NCBI GenBank assembly: GCA_965200315.1
Contig: OZ241362.1
Coordinates: forward strand, 1,824,001-1,888,000
From: Candidatus Latescibacterota bacterium
GTDB lineage: Bacteria > Latescibacterota > UBA2968 > UBA8231
DNA length: 64,000 nucleotides
Direction: 5' to 3'
The position numbers and the translations under genes are program-made. Of the stretch, positions 1-9,894 are shown piece by piece; positions within the stretch are counted from its first letter, which is position 1, and the number at the start of each line of letters is the position of its first letter. Under the pieces are notes generated by a model. That model was not told where the DNA came from and searched no databases. It worked only from the letters and a program-made list of their open reading frames with translations.

Positions 1-602
1 TATCGGCGCTTTTTTTGCCGCCTTGCTCAACTACGTCGATGCCGGCTCCAGCTTCGTCTTTGGCGACGCGTTCGGCGAGCATTTCTTCGCTTTCAAGGTC
101 CTGCCGACCATTATCTTCTTTTCCGCCCTAATGGGCATCCTCTACCACCTCGGGCTAGTGCAGTACGTGGTGGCGTCCTTCGCTTGGGTCATGCAGCGCA
201 CCCTGCGCACCTCGGGCGCGGAAAGCCTAGCGGCGGCAGCCAACATCTTCGTCGGCCAGACCGAGGCTCCGCTGGTAGTGCGCCCGTACGTGAACAGCAT
301 GACCCGGTCGGGATTGATGACCTTGATGGTCGGCGGCTTTGCCACCATTGCCGTGGGCCTAGGGATTGACGCCGGCCACTTGGTGGCTGCCTCGGTGATC
401 TCGGCCCCGGCGGCGCGACTTGGTAGCCAAGGTGATGCAGCCCGAAGTAGAAGAGTCCAAAACGCTAGGGAGGGTATCGCTTGAATTGGCATCCAGATCG
501 GCGGCATCGGCGGCATAGCCCCCGCGGTTGGGTTTTCGCGCCATGCTGGGCGGCTCCCTCGCCTGCTTTATGACCGCCTGCGTAGCCGGGATTCTACTGT
601 AG
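1..602 (+). pseudogene. nupC: NupC/NupG (CNT family) nucleoside transporter, 5'-truncated by the window and internally deleted
   Basis: FAFKVLPTIIFFSAL, SGAESL..ANIFVGQTEAPL motifs. The GGVLAAY-type segment is missing after FATIA. A frameshift occurs near 412, then the sequence jumps to the C-terminal IGIQIGGIGGIAP and RLGFRAMLGGSLACFMTACVAGILL* (TAG 600-602). Confidence 0.85.
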
Positions 603-689
603 AGAAGCGCCATTATCGGTTTGATCAAGGTTCCAATGCTGCCTATGTTGCAACAGCCAGGGCGTTCCCAATCCAAAGGCGGGAATCCG

Positions 690-775
690 ATGCGCCAATA
701 CATGTTTCGCTCAACGTACACGCAGGCGGGGCTTGCCGGTTTGCTCAAGGAAGGCGGCACGCGGCGGCGGGATCC
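690..775 (+). pseudogene. GYD-domain protein N-terminal fragment
   Basis: MRQYMFRSTYTQAGLAGLLKEGGTRRR matches the start of GYD-family proteins (Y..EG..GLLKEGG..RR); similarity stops after about 28 codons. Confidence 0.6.
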
Positions 776-816
776 TCAACGAATCACAACTTTTACTCTG
801 CCCTCATATCATCCAT

Positions 817-2712
817 ATGTTAGCCTGCACATTATTGATCCTTGCCGCTGTCGCGGCCCAAGGTGAGGAATGGCCCTATTACGCGGCCGACGCCAAGAGC
901 AGCAAATACGCGCCCCTGTCGCAAATTGACGGCGACAACTTCGCCCGGCTGCAAGAGGTTTGGCGCTACACGGTTCCCGACAAGAAAATCGCCGAGCGTC
1001 AGTACACGTGGACTGGGACCAACAAGGGCACTCCCCTAATGGTCGATGACGTGCTCTACTATGGATCGCCTTTTAACATCCTCTGCGCGGTCGATCCGAC
1101 GAGCGGCGAGGAACTCTGGAGCTTTGATCCGAAAGTATGGGAAAATTACGAGGGTTTCACCGGCATTCTGCGCGGCATCGCCTACTGGCAAAGCCGCGGC
1201 AAGAAGCGCATCTTCTACGCCACCTCCACTGACCGCCTCTACTCCATCGACATCGAGACCGGCCAGCCCGACCCAGCATTTGGCAAGGGCGGCTTCGCCG
1301 ATTTAAGTAAGGGACTGCGCCGCCCCATCGACCGCAGCCGCTACTGCGTCACCTCGGCACCGATCGTCTGCCGCGATGTGGTAGTGGTGGGTTCCGCCAT
1401 CGTCGATTGGCATGGCCGGTCTCCCCCCCAATACCCCACCCTTGGCGATGTGCGCGGCTTTGACGCCCACACCGGCGAACAGGTGTGGGTCTTCGAGACG
1501 GTGCCTCAGGAGGGCGAGTACGGCAACGACACTTGGGAAAACGACGCCTATCAGACCTATGGCCAGGCCAATGTGTGGTCCGCGATGAGCGCCGACGACG
1601 CGCTCGGCTACGTGTACCTGCCCGTCAGCAGCACCACCCACAACCACTACGGCGGCGAGCGCCCCGGTGCCAATCTCTTCAGCCAGACCCTAGTCTGCCT
1701 CAAGGCGGCCACCGGCGAGCGCGTCTGGCACTACCAGCTCATCCACCACGGCCTGTGGAACTACGACCCGCCAGCACCGCCGGTACTGGCGGATATCGAG
1801 GTACAAGGCAAAGCGATCAAGGCGCTGGCCTTGGTGAGCAAACAGGCCTTTTGCTACGTGCTCGACCGCACGACCGGCGAGCCGGTCTGGCCCATCAATG
1901 AGCGCAAGGTTCCCCAGTCAACAATCCCGGGCGAGCAAAGCTGGCCGACCCAGCCCTTTCCCAGCAAACCCGCGCCCTACGACCGCCAAGGGCTACAGGA
2001 AGACGATCTGATCGACTTTACGCCCGAGTTGGGGGAAAAGGCGCTGGCGATTCTGCAAAAATACGAGCGCGGCCCGCTGTTCACTCCGCCCAGTGAAAAG
2101 GGCACGCTGGTATTGCCTGGGGGCTTGGGCGGCTCGGACTGGAGCGGGGCGGCGCTAGTGCCAAAAGAGAACGTGCTCTACATTCCTTCGCGCACCGACG
2201 CCGCTATTGTGTGGCTGGAAAGGGTGGAAAACCCGCGCGCCTTTTCGGCCTACGCATCCTTCAAGAGGAGTGCCGAATACGTCGATGGCCTGCCGCTGAC
2301 CAAGCCCCCCTACGGCCGGATCACCGCCATCGACTTGGACACGGGCGAGCACGTCTGGATGAGTCCGGTGGGCCAAGGCCCGGTCAACCACAAATCCTTG
2401 CGCGACCTCGACTTGCCAGCTATGGGCTGGTTCCACTACAACTTTATACTCGCCACCGAGACTGTGCTAGTGGTGGTCTCGCAGCAACCCGATCGGTGGG
2501 GCGACCTCCGCGGCGACGCCTTTGTCGAACAAGCACCCTATCTGCACGCCTTTGACCTAGAGACAGGCGCGGTGCTGGCCGAGCTGGAATTCCCCGGCCA
2601 GCCCAACGGCAGTCCCATCAGCTATAGGGCCAACGAACGTCAGTATATCGTATTTCCAATCAATGACGACGACGGGGGGCCGCAGCTTTTGGCACTGGCG
2701 TTGCCGGAGTGA
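817..2712 (+). CDS. PQQ-dependent quinoprotein (glucose/quinate dehydrogenase-like), secreted
   Basis: Signal peptide from ATG 817, WPYY..D..SSKYAPL.QI, GDVRGFD..TG, ANVWSAMS.D, WHYQLIHHGLWNYD, PPYGRITAIDL motifs. Confidence 0.9.
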   Translation: MLACTLLILAAVAAQGEEWPYYAADAKSSKYAPLSQIDGDNFARLQEVWRYTVPDKKIAERQYTWTGTNKGTPLMVDDVLYYGSPFNILCAVDPTSGEELWSFDPKVWENYEGFTGILRGIAYWQSRGKKRIFYATSTDRLYSIDIETGQPDPAFGKGGFADLSKGLRRPIDRSRYCVTSAPIVCRDVVVVGSAIVDWHGRSPPQYPTLGDVRGFDAHTGEQVWVFETVPQEGEYGNDTWENDAYQTYGQANVWSAMSADDALGYVYLPVSSTTHNHYGGERPGANLFSQTLVCLKAATGERVWHYQLIHHGLWNYDPPAPPVLADIEVQGKAIKALALVSKQAFCYVLDRTTGEPVWPINERKVPQSTIPGEQSWPTQPFPSKPAPYDRQGLQEDDLIDFTPELGEKALAILQKYERGPLFTPPSEKGTLVLPGGLGGSDWSGAALVPKENVLYIPSRTDAAIVWLERVENPRAFSAYASFKRSAEYVDGLPLTKPPYGRITAIDLDTGEHVWMSPVGQGPVNHKSLRDLDLPAMGWFHYNFILATETVLVVVSQQPDRWGDLRGDAFVEQAPYLHAFDLETGAVLAELEFPGQPNGSPISYRANERQYIVFPINDDDGGPQLLALALPE

Positions 2713-2758
2713 CGTGTGGCAGTGTTGCTCTGCTGCCTTCAGCCTGTGCTTGACCCGA

Positions 2759-3931
2759 TCAATCTCCTGCTTCGAGGGTACGCACCGCGGCAATCGCTTC
2801 GGCAATCCACCTGAGATTGCGCCGGGAAATCATTCCGTAGTTGTAATAAGAGAACCGACGCGCCCCCGTTTCGTAAACCGCAGTCATGATCGCTCGCATC
2901 TGTCCGGCGCTGTCTATGGGCTTGTGGCCGTTCAGACCGCAGATCAACATAGACGGATCATCCATGCCAGCTAGCGTCTCCTGCGCCCTTTGGCCGGCCT
3001 CCTCGGGCGAGCCACTGTAGCACAGGACATTGACCCAATCGACGATCTGTTCGATGAGTTTGCGGTTGATGCCGTTGTTGTGATAATTGCCCATGTACAA
3101 AAAAGAAACGGGCATTTTCACGGCCTCTTTCACCTCCGCAGCCAGCGACGTCACCACATCCGCCCGCATCTTTATGTATTCGTTCACCAAGGGCTCGTCG
3201 GCGACGAACTCTTCCAAGCTGCGCTCCAACGGCCCCTCCTCAAAGATGTCCAAGAGCCACTTTTCCACCTGCCCCTTCAACGCCCCCACATCCACACCCC
3301 TGTCCGCAGCCCGCTGCACACACCCAGCGCAAAAGCACAGCGACATTAACAGCGATCCCACCGCGCCGAGTTCGACTCCCACCTTGGCGTGGTTGCGGAA
3401 CATGCCAAAGCCCATGTAGTGCAGGGACTCGTACTCGATCATCTGCACATCGCAGTTGGTGGCCAAATCCAAGCTCAAGCCTCGTACGTACTCACGCACC
3501 TCGGGATTGGCCGGGCACAGACAACCCGGATAGCGGTCCCCGAACACTCCGAGCAGGGCGCAGTCTGGATGCTGCCTAGCCACGTAGTGGTTGTGCAGGG
3601 GCACGGTCCACGAAATCAGTTCCAGACCGCGCGCACGGCAGGCCTCGGCGATGATCTGCACCGGGTCTTGGTCTCTGGCCATAGGATGCACATGCGGCTT
3701 GATCTTGGTGCCCTGGTACAGCTCGCTTTGGGGCTGGAAATAGATGGCGTCCTCGTACCCGGAAAAGAGCTTTCTGCCGGGTATATGGGTGCGTAGCTGA
3801 TCGTACGTGTGATAGATCGTGGACAGACTGATCGCATCTAGTCCTACCTCTTCCTTGAGGAAGCCGATGACGCGGTCCACCCCCTCGTCGATCACATCCC
3901 AAGGATAGGTCCACATAGTCGTATGGATCAT
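2759..3931 (-). CDS. Hypothetical TIM-barrel, glycoside-hydrolase-like protein
   Basis: 390-aa ORF with RBS AGGAG. YPWD, LCPANPEVREY, CFC..C and YYNYG motifs are typical of an uncharacterised GH-like family. Confidence 0.65.
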   Translation of the reverse strand: MIHTTMWTYPWDVIDEGVDRVIGFLKEEVGLDAISLSTIYHTYDQLRTHIPGRKLFSGYEDAIYFQPQSELYQGTKIKPHVHPMARDQDPVQIIAEACRARGLELISWTVPLHNHYVARQHPDCALLGVFGDRYPGCLCPANPEVREYVRGLSLDLATNCDVQMIEYESLHYMGFGMFRNHAKVGVELGAVGSLLMSLCFCAGCVQRAADRGVDVGALKGQVEKWLLDIFEEGPLERSLEEFVADEPLVNEYIKMRADVVTSLAAEVKEAVKMPVSFLYMGNYHNNGINRKLIEQIVDWVNVLCYSGSPEEAGQRAQETLAGMDDPSMLICGLNGHKPIDSAGQMRAIMTAVYETGARRFSYYNYGMISRRNLRWIAEAIAAVRTLEAGD

Positions 3932-4012
3932 GTTATATCTCCTTTTTCGCCAAATGGCTAGTAGTGTCTATTCTTTCAGAGCCCGCACCATCCGCCACTA
4001 GTGAGCCAAACT

Positions 4013-4936
4013 TCAACCGTGCCCAGCGGATTGTTCCGCCTGCCACACCCGCCAATAGCCCCGCAGGCGTCGAGTGAACTCCCGCGGTCGTTCTAAGTAG
4101 ATGCGCTCGGCCAGCAGACGCGCCTCGGTCTGCATCCGAGAGCGCACCTCGTCAATCCGCCTTTCCAAGGCTCGCAGCGTGGCCGTGGCTCCGGCCCTCG
4201 GAAACTCGGCTAGAACCGTGGTGCGCAATACGGCCAAATCGTGATCCTCGCCCAGCAACTCCCCTAGCTGGTCCAGTTCCTCGGTCAAGGCCTGCATGAC
4301 CGACGGCCAGATATTCTCCAGTATCTGAGTGTGGTACCGCAAGTACTTGACCTGCTTGCGCCAGTCGTGGAATGCCTCGTCGCTGGGCAGCGCGTAGGCC
4401 GCGGCAAAGCCGCGCCGACCCCGTGCGTATATCCGCTGCAACCCCACCCGAATTCCTCCCCAATTCTGGCTCTGTAGATTCCAATGTTCCAAGCGCTCGC
4501 GAGCCTGTGTGAGTTCGGCGATCACTTCTTGCACGGCTCGACTGCTGCTATCCGCTTGGCCATAGGCCCGATCGCGGCGCTCCACCAGCCACGTCCTTAC
4601 CCGGGCGAACCGGCGCTGCGGGGCATCTTCGCCTAGAGATTCCACCAAGCGGTCCAAGGTCTCGACCAGCACTGTGGCGTCGCGCAGCCCCGAAACCCGC
4701 TGACCGGCACCCCGATAGCACTGGTTTTCCAAGGCGTACACCTCGTCTCCCAGTTCGCGGCGAACCAGACGCACCAAGGCTCGCAAGCGCTTGGTGGCCT
4801 TGCGGGCCTCGTGGATGTGCTGATCTAGTTTGCCGTCTTGACAACCGAGATGCACAAGGGCCTTATTGAGATGTCCTGCGGCCAGCCGCCGCACCCCTGC
4901 GGGTACGCGCTCACCCTGTTTCAGGCGATACTCCAT
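4013..4936 (-). CDS. CHAD domain protein (polyphosphate-binding)
   Basis: HEARKATKRLRA, RDATVL, FHDWRKQVKYLRY, LGELLGEDHDLAVL motifs. Confidence 0.9.
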   Translation of the reverse strand: MEYRLKQGERVPAGVRRLAAGHLNKALVHLGCQDGKLDQHIHEARKATKRLRALVRLVRRELGDEVYALENQCYRGAGQRVSGLRDATVLVETLDRLVESLGEDAPQRRFARVRTWLVERRDRAYGQADSSSRAVQEVIAELTQARERLEHWNLQSQNWGGIRVGLQRIYARGRRGFAAAYALPSDEAFHDWRKQVKYLRYHTQILENIWPSVMQALTEELDQLGELLGEDHDLAVLRTTVLAEFPRAGATATLRALERRIDEVRSRMQTEARLLAERIYLERPREFTRRLRGYWRVWQAEQSAGHG

Positions 4937-5009
4937 GAAGCCAATTTATACCGCTCTGCACTCGGCGTCCATATTGATGCGGCCCGATAATTGAGCCATT
5001 ATATGCCAC

Positions 5010-6053
5010 ATGACCGAACTGCAAAACGAGGCGGACGAGCGCCTCGGGACGCCCGAACATCTCGACCGCGCCCTCTACGTGACAACGGCTAAGGCGTGGC
5101 TGGCACTTTGCTTCCTCGTGATTGTGACGGCTGCGTTGATCGTCTGGGCGTTCTTTGGCGAAGTTTCGACGTATGTGGAGGCCAAGGGGATTTTCCTCAG
5201 CCGCGAAGGCATGGTTTTCAACGCGGCATCGTCTGGCGGCGGCAAGCTGGCCGCGGATCGCGGCCGCAGTCGGCGACGAGGTGGCAGCCGGCGATCTCGT
5301 GGCTGAAATTTCCGACGCAGAAATGATGGAACGCTACCTCAGCGCGGTCGCACTGGCCAGCGAGCGGAAGCGGACGCTACAAGAGCGCGAAGCCGAGGCC
5401 AGGGAGGAAAACGCGCTGGCCGCGCAAAACGTCGTCAAGCAGCGCGACCGGCTGGAGGAGCTCGAGCGCACCGGCCGCGAAATGGTCGCCAAGACCCGCG
5501 CACGCTTGCAGAGCGATCAGGAACTGCTGGCTCAAGGCATCATCGACCGGATGGCTGTCGAGCGCAGCGAGCAGGCGTTCGACCTCGCCCAGCGCAACCT
5601 GTTCGACGCCCTGCGCCGGCGAGACGAATTGGCGGCCGACGATCTCGGCCGCCGGAACGATCTTAAGGCCCAAGTCGCCAAGGCCAAGGCCGATCTCCTC
5701 GAAGCAGAACGGCGGGCCACCGAACTGGCGGCCCTAATCGAAACTTGGCGCGTCCGCGCCCCAGTCGCCGGGCGCATAACCCAGCTCAAGGCGCAGATCG
5801 GCGCCACGCTCGCCCCGGGCCAGCCCGTGCTCAGCATCGAGACGGGCGGCGGCGGGCTCGATGTACTGATCTACGTGCCTCCGGTGGACGGCAAGCGGGT
5901 TGAAGCGGGTATGCCAGCCTTGGTGTCGCCGGCCGCGTCGCGCTCGCGCTCGACCCATCGACCACGAGCGGCTTCGCCTGGACCTCGCCCCAAGCCGTGG
6001 GCGTAGCCATCACGCCCGGTACGCTGGCCACAGTCGAAGTCGAAGTCTCCAGC
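5010..6053 (+). pseudogene. NHLP/NHLM bacteriocin system secretion protein (HlyD family), frameshifted and deleted
   Basis: ERLGTPEHLDRALYVTTAKAWLAL N-terminus, frameshift near 5250, RAPVAGRI and GKRVEAGMPALVSP, then a frame jump to [24 protein letters not shown]. Confidence 0.8.
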
Positions 6054-6645
6054 TAGCCGCCCGTTTCGCGGGGTCAACGAGCGCGAGCCGGAAGCTGCCG
6101 CGCCCGGGCCGCGCGGCTTTGTCGATCTCGACAAGGTCACCTTTGGGTACAACGCCATGGATCCGCCGCTTATTGAGGACTTTACCTTGTCCATTCGCCC
6201 GGGCCGGCGCGTGGCACTGGTGGGCGGCTCTGGTAGCGGTAAGCCGACCATCGCCAAACTCATCTGCGGTCTGCTGACGCCTTGGTCGGGCCACGTGCGC
6301 ATCGACGGACAGGACTTCAACGACATCCAGCCGGCGCACTTTGCCGAGATAGTGTCTCATGTGGACCAGGAAATCACCCTGTTTGAGGGCAGTGTGCGCG
6401 ACAACGTCGCCCTGTGGGATCCAACCATTGAAGAGCGCGACATCGTCCAAGCCCTGCGCGACGCGGCCATCCACGACTTCATTGTGACCCGGCCCCTGAA
6501 ATACGACACCCCTGTCGACGAGAACGGGCGCAATTTCAGCGGCGGTCAACGCCAGCGCTTGGAGATTGCCCGCGCCCTCGCCAGCAACCCCGCCATCCTA
6601 GTGCTCGACGAGGCCACCGCAGCGCTCGATCCGGTCACCGAGGTG
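6054..6645 (+). pseudogene. NHLP export ABC transporter, ATPase domain only (peptidase/TM domains deleted)
   Basis: [18 protein letters not shown], Walker A altered to GGSGSGKPT, signature FSGGQRQR, Walker B LVLDEAT; ends abruptly after LDPVTE. Confidence 0.8.
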
Positions 6646-6820
6646 GACTCGCCGGCGAAATGGCTTTTGGCAGCGACCGGATCGCGGAACGCACCTTTGG
6701 CTTTCTCGCCGTGCCTTCCCTAGACGCTATTCTCGTCGAAGGCGCGCGCGGGCGTCGCCTCGGAGAGTTTTGATCTGGCCGCGACCAACTGGATCGACGA
6801 ATGGATATCCCACCTGTCAG
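6646..6820 (+). pseudogene. Probable N-terminal remnant of the second NHLP ABC permease/ATPase subunit
   Basis: An alternative frame reads [26 protein letters not shown]...WIDEWISHLS. The position matches the third gene of NHLM export clusters. Confidence 0.45.
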
Positions 6821-6894
6821 AATTTCTAGTTCGCGATCGGCCGCCGCCGCGAGATGCCTTGCTGCTCGAAGCCGACAGAATACGGGTTGCTGTA

Positions 6895-7626
6895 TCACAA
6901 TTTCAGTCGCTTAAAAATGCGCTCGGGGATGCTCTTGATTGCGAGCATGATCCAGCGCCAAAAAAACGGCGTGTAGAGCACGTCTTTCTTTTGCCGATAT
7001 GCGCGCACAATGTCGGCGGCCACTCGCTCTGGTGGAGCGACCAAAAACAACCCCTCTAGCCCCTCCGTCATAGGCGTATCAACGAACCCAGGCTTGACCG
7101 TCAAGACGTGTACAGACGTCGCGGCCAGCCTGTTGCGCAGCCCTTGCAAGAAAATCGACAGCCCACCCTTGGCCGACCCATAAGCGTAGTTGCCCCGGCG
7201 GCCTCGGTCGCCAGCCACAGACGAGATGGCGATGATGCCAGTCGGCGCGTCCCTTTCCTCCAGATAATTGGCCAAGTGCGCCAGCGCGATGGCCGCGCCG
7301 GTGAAGTTGGCGTTGAGGATGTGAGCGAGCTCATCTGTTTCGCGCTGCGCAGTGCGCTCGTCGCCGAGATAGCCGAAGGCGAGAACTACCAAGTCGAAGG
7401 AGCCGCCGTGCTCGTGAACCTGCTGAGGCAAGTGCGCCAACGCCGCAAAGTCCAAGGCGTCGAACTCGAACAGTTCCACCTCGCACGAGTTCCTGAGCCG
7501 CAAGTCTGCGGCAAACGGCTCCAGCTCGCTGCATCCGCGGGCCGCTAGCGCGAAATCATAGCCGTCGAGGCGCTCGACGATGGCTTGGGCAATCGCCGAC
7601 TTCGCCCCCAAAACCAAGGCCCTCAC
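6895..7626 (-). CDS. SDR oxidoreductase, DprE2-like
   Basis: VLGAKSAIA, SSVAGDRGRRGNYAYGSAKGG, KPGFVDTPMT motifs. The GTG start overlaps the upstream stop (GTGA). Confidence 0.88.
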   Translation of the reverse strand: MRALVLGAKSAIAQAIVERLDGYDFALAARGCSELEPFAADLRLRNSCEVELFEFDALDFAALAHLPQQVHEHGGSFDLVVLAFGYLGDERTAQRETDELAHILNANFTGAAIALAHLANYLEERDAPTGIIAISSVAGDRGRRGNYAYGSAKGGLSIFLQGLRNRLAATSVHVLTVKPGFVDTPMTEGLEGLFLVAPPERVAADIVRAYRQKKDVLYTPFFWRWIMLAIKSIPERIFKRLKL

Positions 7627-8954
7627 GTAATCCCCAAGCGGTCGGACAGACAGGAGCGGAAGCGGCATTCGGGGTCGTATTTGCGCTTGACCGCTTTGAA
7701 TTGTCTTAGTTGCGGATACATGGCGGCGAAATCCTCCTTTTCCAAAATGGCGTCCTTGGCCAGATAGACCCGGCCTTTAGCTTCGACGATGATTTTGTTC
7801 AATGCGCGCAAAAAGGGAATCGTCCCGGAGTCGCGCAAGGGGATGTCCAGCGCGAGGGTATAACCCGCGATGGGAAAAGAAAGCAAGCCCTCGTTCGGCG
7901 GTCCAAAGGTCTTGAGCACGGCCAAGGGCGAAGCCACGCCCTCGCGGGCGATGCGCCCGAGCAGATCGGCGATCACCTCCGCGCCATCGGCATAGGGCAC
8001 GGCGATCTGGTACTGCAAAAAGCCCCGGCGACCGTACAGACGGTTCCAGCCGCGGATGGCGTCGAGCGGATAGAAGTACGGATCGTAGTGGACCAGCTCG
8101 TCGGTCGCACGGCGCAGTTGGCGATGGTAGTAGAGCGCGTTAAACACCTTCAGCGACTTGGCATTGAGTACGCCGCCGGGCAAGAAGAACGGCACCGCCC
8201 AGCGGCCATCGCCGTGGATGGCAAAGGGCGGCTTGCCCTTGAGCTGGTGCGCGTCGGCGTGTTCCCCCAGCAACACGCGACCGCGGCCCAGCTTTCGGCC
8301 CGTTTGCAAGCCGTCGATCCACGCGACCGAATAGGTGTACTGATGCTGGGTCTCCGTGCAAATGCGGCGCGTCTCGGCCCAATTCGCCGTCTTGATGGCG
8401 CGCTGCCGAATGTACGCCGACGGCACCTTTTTCAGCCGCAGGGTCGCCGCATAGATAAATCCCGTCAAGCCCATGCCGCCGAGCGTGGCCCAAAACAGAT
8501 CGGCGCACTCGTTGCGCGAGCAGCTCACAAGCGAGCCATCGGCTAACACCATGTCCAGCGACTCGACAAACGCGGCGATGGAACCCTCGGCGTGGTGGTT
8601 TTTGCCATGCACATCCGCGGCAATGCAGCCGCCGAGCGTGGGGAACTTGGTCCCCGGCGTAACGGGTGGGAAAAAGCCCTCGGGCAGGGCAAAGCGGATG
8701 ATCTCCGCCAAGGTAATGCCAGCTTGCGCACGCAAAAGCCCGCGTTGCGGATCGAAGTCGAGCAGGTGCTTGAGGGGCAGCGTGGAGACGACGCGCTCGT
8801 ACAGGCAAGCGTCTCCGTAGGAGCGGCAATTGCCCTGGGGCAAAATCCGGGTCGCGCCGGCGCGACCGAGGTCGCTTAGATAGCGCGCGCGCTGAACCGA
8901 GGCGGCGACGAGCGGGTACAGCCCCCAGCCGCTAGTGGCGATTTTTTTGTCCAA
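7623..8954 (-). CDS. FAD-binding oxidoreductase, DprE1-like
   Basis: RSYGDA, PVTPGTKFPTLGG.IAADVHGKNHH, YSVAWID, WNRLYG.RGFLQYQ, GRVYLAKD motifs. Confidence 0.9.
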   Translation of the reverse strand: MDKKIATSGWGLYPLVAASVQRARYLSDLGRAGATRILPQGNCRSYGDACLYERVVSTLPLKHLLDFDPQRGLLRAQAGITLAEIIRFALPEGFFPPVTPGTKFPTLGGCIAADVHGKNHHAEGSIAAFVESLDMVLADGSLVSCSRNECADLFWATLGGMGLTGFIYAATLRLKKVPSAYIRQRAIKTANWAETRRICTETQHQYTYSVAWIDGLQTGRKLGRGRVLLGEHADAHQLKGKPPFAIHGDGRWAVPFFLPGGVLNAKSLKVFNALYYHRQLRRATDELVHYDPYFYPLDAIRGWNRLYGRRGFLQYQIAVPYADGAEVIADLLGRIAREGVASPLAVLKTFGPPNEGLLSFPIAGYTLALDIPLRDSGTIPFLRALNKIIVEAKGRVYLAKDAILEKEDFAAMYPQLRQFKAVKRKYDPECRFRSCLSDRLGIT

Positions 8955-9131
8955 CAGCCTAAGTAGGTCGGGTGGTTTTCTTTTAGCAAAGATAGATAAT
9001 ATAATGGACGTTGCGCATCGCCGGAGCCTGTGCGCGGTGACTGACGATTCCCCACGCCCTGTTGATGGGGTTTGTTTTACTTTACTTTTTGTCGCCAGGA
9101 AGTTCGCCGAGCGATGAGAGAGGAAGGCCCT

Positions 9132-9689
9132 ATGCTCAGCCCTAATCTAGCCGTCAAGTTCACCTATGAGGACTACCGGCACACCCCGGAAGACCAGCGC
9201 TATGAGTTATTGGACGGAGAGCTGATTATGGCCCCCGCGCCCAACTTAGGACACCAGCGAATTGACGCCAAATTGGGATGGCGACTCGCTCAATTTGTGG
9301 AGGAGAGGGATTTGGGCGAGGTTTTTTCCGCCCCCTGCGACGTGGTGCTGTCGAACATGGACGTGGTGCAGCCAGACCTGCTGTTCGTCTCCACCGAGCG
9401 AGCACACTTGCTACTCGGCGGCGATAGTGTCCTCGGCGCACCGGATTTGGTCGTCGAAATCCTATCCCCTTCCACCGCAGGGCGAGACCGGACGCTCAAA
9501 CGCAACCTGTATGCAAAACACGGGGTGAAAGAGTACTGGCTGGTCGATCCAGACACCCGCACGGTGTCGGTGCTGCGGCTCGGAGACAGTGCCTTCGAGG
9601 TGGAGTCCATCTACGGAGAGGGACAGACGATGACTTCGCCCTCGCTCGTCGGCTTCACCGCTGACCTGAACGAAATTTTCGGCGCGTGA
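9132..9689 (+). CDS. Uma2 family endonuclease (DUF820)
   Basis: TYEDY..P...RYELLDGEL.MAPAP, VQPDL, APDLVVEILSPST, GVKEYWLVDP motifs; RBS GAGGAAGG. Confidence 0.92.
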   Translation: MLSPNLAVKFTYEDYRHTPEDQRYELLDGELIMAPAPNLGHQRIDAKLGWRLAQFVEERDLGEVFSAPCDVVLSNMDVVQPDLLFVSTERAHLLLGGDSVLGAPDLVVEILSPSTAGRDRTLKRNLYAKHGVKEYWLVDPDTRTVSVLRLGDSAFEVESIYGEGQTMTSPSLVGFTADLNEIFGA

Positions 9690-9894
9690 TGAACTCTGCG
9701 CAGAAAGCACTAGAGCCGGTTTCAAAACTCCCAACGTCATCCACAGGCACCTGACACACTACTCACTGACGCCGCCGATATGCCCAGTTCAAAATCACCG
9801 GTCATGTCGTCGTTATGCCATCCAAGTGTTATTATCACTGTCGCCTTCCCCGCCTGAGTACCACCCTGTGCCACAATGATGAGCGAGTGCGACC

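Noticed and set aside
9711-9730. tagagccggtttcaaaac as an IS end next to Uma2
   Set aside because: No partner inverted repeat or transposase found; too short to support.
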